64,000 nt of DNA from Octopus sinensis (lineage: Eukaryota), in contig NC_043003.1 in NCBI RefSeq assembly GCF_006345805.1, positions 65,162,001 to 65,226,000 on the forward strand, written 5' to 3'. Below are positions 12,408 to 26,545 of this stretch, piece after piece. The notes under the pieces were generated by a model. That model was not told where the DNA came from. It was given only the letters and a program-made list of their open reading frames with translations, and searched no databases. Within the stretch, counting starts at the first letter, position 1; each line of letters begins with the position of its first letter. The position numbers and the translations under genes were made by a program.

Positions 12408-12507
12408 NNNNNNNNNNNNNNNNNNNNNNNNNNNNNNNNNNNNNNNNNNNNNNNNNNNNNNNNNNNNNNNNNNNNNNNNNNNNNNNNNNNNNNNNNNNNN
12501 NNNNNNN
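12408..12507. other. Assembly gap (100 N)
   Basis: Exactly 100 N. It cuts a SINE-B head on the left and a SINE-A body on the right. Confidence 1.
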
Positions 12508-12775
12508 GTCTTGTGAGTGGATTTAGTAGACGAAACGGAAAGAACCCGTCAGGTATGCATGTATTTGTGTGTCTGGTGTTTTCCCTCCCCACCATCGCTT
12601 GACAACCGATGTTGATGTGTTTACGTCAGCGTAACTTAGCGGTTCAGCAAAAGATACCGATAGAATAAGTACTAGGCTTACAACGTATAAGTCCTGGGAT
12701 CGATTTGTTCGACGAAAGGTGGTACTCCACCATTGCCGCAGTCAAGTGATTCAAAAAGTTAAAAATAAAAGAAAA
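12508..12775 (+). mobile_element. SINE family A, 5' end lost in the gap
   Basis: cttgtgagtggattt...gacaaccgatg...gaataagtactaggcttac motifs. Confidence 0.85.
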
Positions 12776-12977
12776 GAATATAGGTGTAGGTGTGGCCATG
12801 TGGTAGGATATTGCTTCCTAACTACATTAGTCAGGTTTCAGTCCCACAGCTTGGTACCCCGGGCAAGCGTCTTCTGCTATGGCCTCAGACTGAGCAAAGC
12901 ATTGGAAGTGAATCTGGTAGACAGAAACTTAAAAGGCCCGTTGTATATATATATAATATATATATATATATATCTAT

Positions 12978-13173
12978 AAATGAAAGAATGGAGTTGAACG
13001 ACGATTTAACAAAATTCCTCTATTCTCGACATATGTTTCGAGGACTGCATATTCCTAATTTCGAAGGAATAAGGGGTGCATTATGCCGCCTTCTCTATGA
13101 GAAGGCGGCATAATGCACATATGTCGGGAATAGAAATTTTGTTAAATCGTCGTTGAACTCCATTCTTTCATTT
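12978..13173. repeat. Nested foldback / MITE-like element
   Basis: Imperfect outer arms of ~58 bp. Inner perfect 20-bp stem 13076-13095 / 13099-13118 with a tat loop. Confidence 0.8.
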
Positions 13174-13198
13174 TTTGTATTAAAAAAAAACACACAAA

Positions 13199-13329
13199 TT
13201 TCCACACGAAAGCACGTGATCTCTGCCCTTGGCATGTAGCTTCAACCGTGTTTTTTCTCTGACGTGAATTTGCTACCCGGGTATCTGGTTAACCGAATTA
13301 TCCATACTAGGATAATTCATTCAACGACC

Positions 13330-13394
<65 letters not shown>

Positions 13395-13920
13395 ATATAC
13401 ACATATATATAATATAATATATACATATAAATATACATATATATAACATTATATATATATATATACATACATATATATATTATTTCCCACGAAAGCACGT
13501 GATCTCTGCTGCCCTTGGCATGTAGCTTCAACCGTGTTTTTCTGACGTGAATTTGCTACCCGGGTATCGGTTAACCGAATATCCATACTAGGATAATTCA
13601 TTCAACGACCTATATATATATATATATATCAGTAATAATAAAGGTGAAAGATGAGAGAAGAAGTACGGGTAAAGTAGAATTTTCTAATTCTTACCTATCC
13701 TAAAACTTTGATCTCGAAACGTACGTCCTTAGGTAACGTAAAATTGCATGATGGATTGCCGTCATTTCATTCTTTCTTCTTACCTGTCTGTGTTTGCCTT
13801 TCAAGTGCTGTGTTTTTACTGAATCCCCCTTTTAGTAGAGGAATAGCTATATCTCTTTGACTGCTATTTCTAATTCGGTGTGTTGGTGAGCAATTCGTTG
13901 CTAAACCCTTAATTACTTAG

Positions 13921-13984
<64 letters not shown>

Positions 13985-14202
13985 TCTATACATATATATA
14001 CATTAATATATATACATATATATATACATATATATACATATATATATATATATATAATATATATATATATTTCCACACGAAAGCACGTGATCTCTGCCCT
14101 TGGCATGTAGCTTCAACCAAAACCGTTTTTTCCTGACGTGAATTTGCTACCCGGGTATCGGTTAACTGAATTATCCATACTAGGATAATTCATCAACGAC
14201 CT
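13199..14202 (+). repeat. Three copies of a ~130-bp unit separated by (TA)n tracts
   Basis: Copies at 13199-13330, 13483-13611 and 14070-14202 (ttccacacgaaagcacgtgatctctg...ggataattcattcaacgacc). They differ mainly by small indels. Confidence 0.9.
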
Positions 14203-14744
14203 ATATATTATATATATATAATATATATATATATAATATATATATATATATAATATATATATATATATAATACATATTATACATATACATATATATACAT
14301 ATATATATATATTATATATACACATATATATATATACATATTTATATATAAATAAGTATACATATATATTATATATATATATATATATGTAAACACCCAC
14401 ATATGCACTCATACACCCATGTGTGTGTGTGTATATGTGCCTGTGTTGTGTTTCTACATTTGTCATCCACAACCGCTTGTGAACCGGTGTTGGTATGTTT
14501 ACGTTTCCGGAACTATTGATTTCGCACAAGAGCTCCATAGAGAAAGTACGCAACTTAAAAATTTATAAGCCCTGGGGTCAATTTGTCCCACTTAAAACAC
14601 TTCAAAGCCGTGCGTCAGTATGGTAACAAAAAAAAAAAAATATAAAAAGATTCAAACTAATATTTTTGTCCTGGTTGTTCCCTTTGTTCACCTTATGTAA
14701 ACCCCGCGGGGTCTGACATAAAAGATATTCTTTTCTTTTTTCTT

Positions 14745-14954
14745 TTCTTCTCTAGGCACAAGGCCTGAAATTTTGGGGGAGGAGGCCATCCGATTAGATC
14801 GATCTCAGTACGCAACTGGTACTTAATTTATAGAACCTGAAAGGATGGAAGGCAAAGTCGACCTCGGCGGAATTTGAACGCAGAACACAACGGCAGACGA
14901 AATACCGCTAAGCATTTCGCTTAGTTGTGCTAACGTTTCTGCCAGCTCACTGCC
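14745..14954 (-). mobile_element. SINE family B, monomer, near full length
   Basis: Head ggcNgtgagctggcagaaacgttagcac, one core, and the tail aaatttcaggccttgtgcctag on the minus strand. Confidence 0.9.
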
Positions 14955-15223
14955 TTCGAACGTAAGATATATTCTACGAGCGTGAATTTGTATGATTTTA
15001 TTTCTGTGTAAAAAAAAAAAATATGTATATTTATTTGCTTTTGTGTGTAAACTGTTGCATCGAGTTACATAATTTTACGCATAAAAGTGGAAACTTGGCT
15101 ATTCGACAAAAAGAGATCGATATAATAAATATGAAACTTAAATCTTTTGATCAATATGATGTTTTTCCGTGTGTACTTGATTGCATGTTTTTGTGTATAA
15201 GATACTTTAAAACAGACTGGCAA

Positions 15224-15255
<32 letters not shown>

Positions 15256-15256
15256 C

Positions 15257-15315
<59 letters not shown>

Positions 15316-16336
15316 GCCCAAATATATGCTTAGGCGTGTGTAAGCATGGTTATCAGTGTTGTATGTATTCATGTTTGTATATGTGTGTGTATGTGTTTGT
15401 TTGTATATATACATTAATATGCGTGTGTCTTTATGTCTTTATAACCGTTGTTGGTGTGTTTATGTCCACGCAACTTAGCGGTTCGACAAAAGAAAGCAGT
15501 TAAGATATGTACCAGGCTTAGAAAAGAGATTGGGATCGATTCGTTCGAATAATAATTTTACAAAGCGGTGGCCCAGCATGGCCGCAACCTTATCACTGAC
15601 ATAAGTAAAAGATAAAAAATAAAATCTAAATTTTTAATGCCAGCATTTCTTACGAGTAAACTCCACATCAAAGGAGATGCTCTCGTTCGGGGACACTCGC
15701 CGGTGGTCTGCATATTACTACTTAGAGCCACTTGCTCCTGCGTCTCTGCTGCGGTTAAGGAAATCTAGACTATTTCCGTAGGCGTGACGACATTGGTAAA
15801 GTGAATTACCAGACATTTCCCCATGCAGCTGAATATGGTTTTCCTGTTTCCCATGCAATCCACTCGAACCACCAGACAGCGCGGTTCCAGCAAGCAATCG
15901 AGGTATGTACTCTTCCCATAACTACGTTAGGAATAAATTTGAATATGGAAACCATTAACCTTGCAAAGAGATTCTCACACAAACCAAACATTTCCCTGTG
16001 GTGGCTTTAATGTTTATATTAATCTCAAACGCCTTGTGCTTATATTAGATGCCAATATTATGAGGATTTACATTGGTTGGCAGATATCAGCATGGATTAG
16101 AAAACAGTTTGTTCGTTGAGGTTACAAACAAGGTCATCGACTCTTCTTAGACTCATTAGACCCTGGATGCTTCTGGTTTACAAAACTCAACGGTGTCATG
16201 CCACCAGCTGTCCGAGAACTCATGCGCTAATATATCGAATGTGTTTCGAACACTCATTCGTCGTGAAGTTGTTCTCCTCTGAAGTAACACAATAGCGACA
16301 CAAATATGTAAATCATCACAATTTTATTCCGGTAGT

Positions 16337-17010
16337 GAGGCGGCAAACTGGCAGAAATGTTAGCACGCCGAGCAAAATGCTTTGCGGTGTTTCGTTTGTC
16401 TTACGCTCTTCGTTCACATTCCGCCGAGGTCCACTTTGCCGTTCATCCTTTCGGGGTAGATAAATTAAGTACCAGTTGCGTACTGAGGTCGATCTAATCG
16501 ACAGCCCTCCTCCCCCCAAATATCGGGCGTTGTGCCTTGAGTAAAAAAGAATATTATTCCGGTAGTATGGCGGTGCACTGGCAGAAACGTTAGCACGCTG
16601 GATGAAATGCTTTGTGGTATTTCGCCCGTCGTTACATTCTGAGTTCAAATTCCGCTGAGGTCCACTTTGCTTTTCATCCTTTCGGAATTGATAAAGTAAG
16701 TGCCAGTCGAGTACTGACGTCGATGTAATCGTCTAACCCTCTCCTCTAAATTTCGGGGTTTGTACCTTTAGTAGAAAGGATTATTCCAGTTGTAAAGTTA
16801 CCGAGATAGAAGAATCGTTAGCACGTCGGGTAAATTGCTTAACGTCTTAACGTTCTGAGTTTAAATTCCGCCGAGGTCATCTTCGCTTTTTATCTTGTTG
16901 GGGGTCGATAAAATAAGTACCAGTCAAACACCTGGGTTGCAGTAACCGGTTTATCCTGCCATTCGAACTTGATGGAGTTGTGCCTAAATTAGAAACCAAT
17001 ACTATTCCCG
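16337..17010 (+). mobile_element. Three head-to-tail SINE family B monomers
   Basis: Heads at ~16337, 16567 and ~16795. Junctions share ttattccggtagt-like sequence. Confidence 0.85.
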
Positions 17011-17174
17011 TATGCTTATTTTAAACTTTAATTTCTATTTATAATATCGATATTGTTTGGGAATAGCAAAGTAACAAATTTCGGTGTTGTAATCGGTTAT
17101 GTCACTTTCATTTCCGAGTTCACATCATGTCTTAATCCAGTGTGTGTGTGTGTGTATAGATAGATAGATAGATA

Positions 17175-17414
17175 TTCTTTTATTTGTTTCAGTCATTTGA
17201 CTACGGCCTTGCTAGAGCACCGCCTTTAGTCAAACAATTCAACTCCCGGACTTATTCTTTGTAAGCCTACTGCTTATACTATCGGTATTTTTCCCGAACA
17301 GCTATGTTACGGGGACGTAAACACACCAACAACGGTTGTCAAGCGAAGGTGTTGGGGGACAAACACAGGCACGAAGACACAAATACACACACACCACACA
17401 CACACACATATATA

Positions 17415-17476
<62 letters not shown>

Positions 17477-17646
17477 TATATATTATATATATATATATAT
17501 ACAAAGGGCTTCTTTCAGTTTCCGTCTACCAAATCCACTCACAAGGCTTCGGTCGGCCCGAAACTATAGTAGATGACACTTGCCTAAGGTGCAACGCAGA
17601 GAGGGACTGAAGCCAGAACATGAGGTTGGGAAGCAAGCTCTCCCCA
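17175..17646 (-). mobile_element. SINE family A, full length with expanded internal microsatellite
   Basis: Tail, body and head colinear. Internal (CA)/(TA) tract of ~120 bp. Confidence 0.85.
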
Positions 17647-17662
17647 CCAGTCACACTTACGC

Positions 17663-17715
<53 letters not shown>

Positions 17716-17732
17716 ATATATATATGTTATAT

Positions 17733-17799
<67 letters not shown>

Positions 17800-18442
17800 G
17801 TGTGTGTGTGTATGTGTGTGTACATATATATTGTGGTCGTTTGAGAATTGATGAAATAAGTACCGAGATCGATTCAAGCGATTTTATCATAGAAAACTGA
17901 TTATTCTAGAAGGCCCCAATTTGACCACAGTCGCACGATCGAGAATCGTGAAAGAATGGATGTATAAGACCCTTGCTTCTGTAGCTATTGTTGTTGTTCT
18001 TGTTGTTGTTATAGATGATGATAACGACGAGAAGGAGACATAAGGAAATGCAAGAAAATATCATACTGCGTTAAGAAAACTGAGTTAAATAAAAAGAATA
18101 TTGTGACGACAGAGAGGGAGAGAGAGAGTTACAGAAGGACAGAGAATGGAAGCGAGAGCAAGTCTAGAAGAAATGTAGAGGAAGTAAAATTGTAAATGAA
18201 AAAAAAAAATTATGTAGTGAAAGGAAGAAAGGAAGGAAGCAAATAAGAAGGAAAGGACGAAGAAATGAAATGCGCTAGAGGTGTTAAAAAATATCTTTTC
18301 ATCATTTTGTTTACAATGGCGGATGTCTCCAGTAACAAAGTTTGTGAATTAATATCATACGTACAATAGTCACATGAACACAATATTGTATATACACACA
18401 CATATACGCATTTAACAAACGCAGACACAGATACATATACGG

Positions 18443-18473
<31 letters not shown>

Positions 18474-18619
18474 AGAATACTTATGCGTGTGTTTGTCTGC
18501 GAGTGTATGAGTGCATATGTGTGTGTGTGGTGTGTGTGTGTGTGTATATATAAACATGAAAATATATTTGTGAAATTATGCACAAAATCAGCTGTATACA
18601 CACACGTGCAAATATATAT

Positions 18620-18652
<33 letters not shown>

Positions 18653-18734
18653 TATATGGATGTATATGTGTACGCGCGGGTGTTCGTGTAAATATATATT
18701 CGATGCGTGAGTGGTATAATATATATTGCTGTAT

Positions 18735-18807
<73 letters not shown>

Positions 18808-19126
18808 AAGGTGTATGTAATGTAGAAGCTATTTGAGTGCGTATGTAAATTTTCATTAAAATTTTATCGACGGATAGACATACACCGAAAATGTTGAACA
18901 ACTTTTAGGAAATAATGAAAGAAAAAAAGAAGAGAAAGAATTACAGCAAATAAGATATAAGATAAAAATTAAAGTTTAAGAATAAAAAAAGAAGAATTGT
19001 TGCGTATGGTATATTGGATAGGTTGTTTAATGTTCCACCATTATTTTACTGCAATATGAGGCAAGTCGATATGAGAGATTCCTGACTCAACGTCTTTGCC
19101 AAACATGTAAATATAGTCATATATAT

Positions 19127-19129
19127 ATG

Positions 19130-19163
<34 letters not shown>

Positions 19164-19230
19164 TGTATGTATGTATGTATGTATGTATGTATGTATGTAT
19201 GTATGTATGTATGTATGTATGTATGCATGT
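19127..19230. repeat. (ATGT)n microsatellite
   Basis: Directly visible. Confidence 0.95.
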
Positions 19231-19553
19231 ATGCATATATATATATATATATATATATGGTGGAAAGTGGCGGTTTTACTACTTTCTTACAAATATTCTT
19301 TTACATTTGATTTTGCTGTTTCGAATTCTCCCGTTTTTGAAATTGTATCTATGCATCTAACTGCGCATGCGTATCTATATGTGCGCATGTATACACCCAC
19401 ATACATGCCTACATACATACACACACACACACACATATATGTGTGTTTGTAGATACATACATGTATATATACGTGTCTGTATATGCATATATGTGTATGT
19501 ATATATATATATATACACGTGTGTATTTCTGTATCCCTCTCTCTCTCTTTCTT

Positions 19554-19588
<35 letters not shown>

Positions 19589-20559
19589 ATATATATATAC
19601 ATATATATACCTATATATGTCTTCGCATCCGACACGACTAGGGTCATTTTGTACTGTTTCGTCGTTATCCCATATCTTCAAGTTTCCACCCACTCCTCCA
19701 TCCATCCATTCTGCCAGCAACCCTTTCCTTCACTTCTCCATTCAACCATATAGTGTAGTTAGATGGCCCATTGTCTAGCACAAACCCACCCGAGCGTTTC
19801 CTTTCTACACCCGAGTATGTTGTGATGAACTGAATATTTCCCTAACCTAATGTTAACATCAATTGGGAAAGGGATTAACGAAAAATAATGGCTGCTTCTG
19901 GAACTCTCGTTAGTAATGTTATCCGTCACGTGATTAGTCTACTGCATGCATTATGGTCTTCGTCGACATCGCCTGCAGTCTTATTCATGCTTTTTCAGTG
20001 TCTTATCCCCTTATCGCCTTCCCCTTCATTCCTGTCACTGTTTACCTTTCATTCCTCCCAAATGTTTCTCGAAAGGGCTACAAGTGTCATTTGTCAATAA
20101 AGTGTAAATGAGAGAAACCACGATTTTTATTTTCTTTCACACTAGAAATATGTCACCAGACTCATTTAGAGTTTCCCGCTTAAAATACTTTACAAGCGTA
20201 CATCAAGTTGAATACACTTAAAAAGCATTCATTCGGAAAGAAGCAATATATTGACAAGCATCTGTCTGTCCACAGGCTCCTTTCACCGTCTCAAGTATAT
20301 TATACACAGATAGAGATATACAGGCTCCTCTTCCTATGTAGGTATGCATCTGTGAGTGTGTATGTGTGTTTGTATGTATTAATTTTACGCATACAAGTTT
20401 GTGTATATATGTTTATGTATAAGATCATATATATAAATGTGTGTATGTGTATTTATATATGAACATAAGACTACAAGAAGAAAACACGTGTTAAACTATG
20501 TCCACTTCACCTGTATGTAGAAGTATACACGGTTTCGCTGTACAATAACACTAATAATT

Positions 20560-20960
20560 CTTTCTACGATAGGCACAAGACTGAAATTTTGTTGGAGAGG
20601 GTTAATGGATTACATTGACCCCAGTGTTCCACTGGTACTTATTTTATCGATCCTGAAACGATGATAGGCAAATACGACCCCGGTAGAAATACAACTGAGA
20701 GCGTCGTAATGAGGGACAAAGAACCATTAGAGCCATTAATCATTTTGTTCGTCTTGAGTAGTAGTAATAATAAAAAAAAACATTTCTACTAGAGGACAAG
20801 ACCTGATATTTGCAGAGACGAGCCCAGTTGATTACATCGATCCTAGTGTTCGGGTGGTTTTTATTTTAACCCCGAAATGGTGAAAGGTAAAGTCGATCTC
20901 CGCAGAATATGAACCTAGAACGTAAAAGCGGACTGAGTGCCGATAGGAATTTTGTTCCAG
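20560..20960 (-). mobile_element. Two degenerate SINE family B copies
   Basis: ggcacaagactgaaatttt...cattgaccccagtg...ggtact motif at 20570 and again at 20790. Confidence 0.7.
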
Positions 20961-20971
20961 GTTGTCGCTTC

Positions 20972-22673
<1,702 letters not shown>

Positions 22674-22684
22674 CCATTATACTG

Positions 22685-22843
22685 TTAGTACAAGGCCTGA
22701 AATTTCGGGATAGGGGACTAGTCGATTAGATTAATTCCAGTACTTGACTGGTACTCATTTTATCCACCCGAAAGGATTGAAGACAAAGTCGACCTCGGTA
22801 GCATTTGAACTCAGGATGTAATGACAAACTAATCGCCGCTAAG
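22685..22843 (-). mobile_element. SINE family B
   Basis: caaggcctgaaattt...gaaaggattgaagacaaagtcgacctcgg. Confidence 0.8.
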
Positions 22844-22844
22844 C

Positions 22845-22883
<39 letters not shown>

Positions 22884-22892
22884 GTGTGTGTA

Positions 22893-22929
<37 letters not shown>

Positions 22930-22932
<3 letters not shown>

Positions 22933-23275
22933 ATGGACCCACCTGTCGAAGACGACTATGGAGCGTTCAGCTTCTAGCGAACGACCAGCACAAATGATTT
23001 ATTCCTAGTGAACCCGTGTTCGTGCCGCGCGCGCACACACACACACACACATACACACACACACACACACACACATACACACACACACACATACACACAC
23101 ACACACACACCATGTATTTCGTTCTGTCTCCATTTGTTTGTTTCCACTCTTTCTGTCGAAGAGCGTAGGTTCGAAACGTCAAAGACTCTCACATTCTTCC
23201 TGAGAATGAAACTGATACACTTGCTTGTTGTTTCCTTACCTGTCTTCGTCCTTTGTTTTCTGTAAATTTGAACTT
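22930..23275 (+). mobile_element. Penelope-type repeat fragment carrying a hammerhead-like motif
   Basis: Homologous to 5340-5485. Motif at 23148-23185. Confidence 0.6.
23148..23185 (+). ncRNA. Minimal type I hammerhead-ribozyme-like motif (A6U variant, GUC site)
   Basis: TCTTT-CTGTCGA-A-GAGC(gtag)GTTC-GAAA-CG-TC-AAAGA: helix I 5 bp, helix II 4 bp, palindromic ACGT helix III. Confidence 0.55.
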
Positions 23276-23317
23276 CCCACCTCTCTCTCTTTTTCTCTCT
23301 CTCTTTCTCTCTCTCTC

Positions 23318-23354
<37 letters not shown>

Positions 23355-23356
<2 letters not shown>

Positions 23357-23661
23357 TCTTTTATTTTCTTTTTTTTCAATCATTTGACTGCGGCTATGCT
23401 GGAGCAATGCATTTTACTTATTCTATCCGACTTTCTTGCCGAACCGCTATGTTAGGGGGACGTAAAAACAACAACATCGATTGCGAGAGGACAAGCACAG
23501 ACACACAAATACATACATACATACATACCACATCCACTCACAAGGCTTTGGCCGGCCCGAGGCTATAGTAGAAGACATTTGCCCAAGCGGTCAGATAGTG
23601 AAACTGAACCCGGAACCATGTGGTTGGGAAATAAACTACTTACAACTCAGCCACTCCTGCG
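23355..23661 (-). mobile_element. SINE family A with internal deletions
   Basis: Tail and head motifs on the minus strand. Confidence 0.8.
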
Positions 23662-23977
23662 CCAATGTTCCGTTTTAGTTTCTTTTTTTAACTGTTTCTA
23701 TTTATAAGCGAGGATCCACCATAAGAATATAGGTAGCAACAACTATAAAAATATTACAAGTAGGGTTCTGGAAAAGCATTTTCAAATAAAGCAGGAGCTC
23801 CATTGGGAAAATTATTGTGTATGCAAAAGCAAAACTTTTTACACGGTAAACATAAACAGGCATTTCAAGTTATCGGTACAAGTCGCAGCGCTACCTTGTA
23901 GTGGAACGCTGGAATTATCTGTCCCGAGAGCCATGAGTGATATATATATATATATAAACATTATTTTTATATATATC

Positions 23978-24210
23978 ACTCTTTTACTGTTTTACTTGTT
24001 TCAGTCATTTGACTGTGCCCATGCCTCTTTTAGTCGAGCAAATCGACCCAGGACTTAGTCTTTGTAAGCCTAGTACTTATTCTATCGGTCTCTTTCTCCG
24101 AACCGCTAAGTTACAGGGAAATAAACACACCAGCATCGGTTGTCAAGCGTTGTTGGAGGGACAAACACAGACACACAAACATACACGCACACACACACAT
24201 ACACACACAC

Positions 24211-24241
<31 letters not shown>

Positions 24242-24390
24242 TACATATATTCGACGGGCTTCTTTCAGTTTCCGTCTATCAAGGCTTTGGTCGGCCCGAA
24301 GCTATAGTAGAAGACACTTGCCCAAGTTGCCACGCAGTGGGACTGAACCCGGTACCATGTTGGTAAGCAAGCTACTTACCACACAACAAC
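23978..24390 (-). mobile_element. SINE family A
   Basis: Tail, body, (CA)n tract and head present. Confidence 0.85.
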
Positions 24391-24636
24391 TCATACGCCT
24401 ATATATTTAAAAAAATATTTTTTATCTGTTTTAAGAAATGATTTGAACATGTTTTTACATGTATTTTATCTGATTTTTTTTCTATTTTTTACTATCGATT
24501 CGTATTTTTCGAAATTTTTATGTTTTTAAATATATTCGGTGAGATAAATCGACAGACGGATAAATCAACTAAAGTTGACGTTTATTTTTACCAATAATTT
24601 CTTAAGAGGAAAAAAGTGCAATGTGAAGTCGAAAAG

Positions 24637-24675
24637 GACGTAACTCGAAACAACGTAAGTCGGAGTATGCCTGTA
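24637..24675 (-). mobile_element. Isolated pogo/Tigger-like terminal inverted repeat with TA
   Basis: Reverse complement reads TA-caggcatactccgacttacgttgtttcgagttacgtc, resembling CAGGCATAC-type Tigger termini. No convincing partner TIR found. Confidence 0.4.
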
Positions 24676-26019
24676 TTCAATTTTCAGCTCCGTGAATGAA
24701 TTTGGGCATTGCATATCAAGTGGTTATTTTCTTTGCCTGAAAAGCTAGCTTTCTAGAAATCTATTAAGAGGGAGAATAGCAAGTGCGGATCAGAACAGAG
24801 GAAGGGACACTTGGTGAGACAAGCGTGGAAAGTAGCAAAGGGTCTCACAGCTTCTAATAATTGTTAATAAAAATGAGAATATTGAATGTATTTTCTGTTT
24901 TCGTTAGTTAAGAAATCCTGTTACTCCATTGCGACGTAAAAGACTTAGCAAATTATCTGAGACTAACAATGATTATTGGTACAAATATAAATTTATTATA
25001 TTGTTAGCTACTCGGATATCACATCTGCAAAGCATCTATCATATATTAAATATGTTAGCGCCTGATTTAAGGCAGGACTGATACTTCAGATTTCAGATAG
25101 CAAAATTTCAGAAAAATAGCGAAGGGTATGCCCCTGGGAGTTATTAGACCCTACAAAACAGCAATTAAGTCACTAATATGTGAATATTATCCTTGTGTAG
25201 TTGGTCATTCTTTTGAAATCAACCATTTCCAACGTTTAGTTTGTTTTTTTTTTTGCGTTTTTCTCAAAATGACATTTCTGACAATGAGTAGCAATATCTC
25301 CGAGAATAATTGATGTAATAGGCTGAAATTTTGCATGAGTATTACTTTGATACTTGCCTACATGCTGTCTTAGTGTGATTAGATATACTTCATTTGTTCA
25401 TCTTCCAGCGACACTTGAATCCTACTACTCAGGGGTCAAAAACGCTTGAACTACAGCATATGTCTAGGTCGACTTCATCAATGCTTTTTATTCAGAATCT
25501 AGTAATTACCCTAATCTGTTGGTATTCCTCGTTGGAGCATATTATCTTTGATAGTTTGGTAGAAAAATTGACCTTAATCAAGACTGTGTTTTGTCTCTCA
25601 TTTTGAATTTATAATTAGGTCATGAATAGATAATGTGGAAATTAGAATATTATGTTTTATGATAGAACTAACATTGTTCTTGATGCATGCGATATTTAGT
25701 TTGCCTGGGTTTTATTTCTGCTGAGCGAGAGCATCTTCAATTTAGGAGTATTTTCCTACGTCTGAGCTGTTAGTTTTTGCCTTGAGGAGTTATATATCTA
25801 GTGTTAAATTTATTTTTCCTTCTATATGAAGAATGTACAATGCAATCAACAGTCAGGGTTTTAGGTTACTAGAAGGCTTGTGATCTAATGCTGGGTATAT
25901 CCATACGTTTCAACACAAGAAATATTAGAGAAAGATTTGCATCAAAATTTTCGGCGAGTGCAAATTAACAAACTTTGTATGGTGGTTTGGCACAGAGAAG
26001 AGAAAACAAAATGAGTGTT

Positions 26020-26430
26020 AAAGAAGTAAATGGATTTGGTAGATGGAAACTGCGTGAAACCTTGTCGTATGTATTACATGATATGTATGCCAATGTTCGT
26101 TCTCCTCACAGGTGTTGGTTTGTTTATGCTCACGTAACTTAGCAGTTCGGCACAGAGGTCAATAGAATAGATACCTTTTTCTAAAAAATAAGTACAGGGT
26201 CAGCTTTTTCCACTAAAGCGTGCCCCTGTATAGCCGCAGTTTAATGACCTGTTCCTTCTTCTCCATTTGACAACGGTTGTTGGTTTGTTTACACTCACGT
26301 CACTTAGCACTTCGGCAATAGAGGCCTATAGAATAGATACCTGATTCTAAAAAATAAGTACAGGGTTCATATGTTCGACTAAAGCGTGTCCTACTAATAC
26401 CGAGGTTTAATTACCTGAAACAAGTAAATG
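26020..26430 (+). mobile_element. Old SINE family A copy with tandemly duplicated 3' half
   Basis: The ggtgttggtttgttta...cacgt.acttagca.ttcggca...gaatagatacc block occurs at ~26110 and ~26275. Confidence 0.7.
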
Positions 26431-26545
26431 ATCAAATATACGTACACACCTGAAATTGCATTATATTCTGTTATGTGAGTGTTTGCGTTTTGGCAAACCG
26501 TTCAGAAATGAGGACTACAGTTTCACAAATACATATTAGACAAAC

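Noticed and set aside
25060-25900. TTAAGG start and ctgaaattttgcatg motif suggestive of a Kolobok-type MITE
   Set aside because: No matching second terminal inverted repeat could be found.
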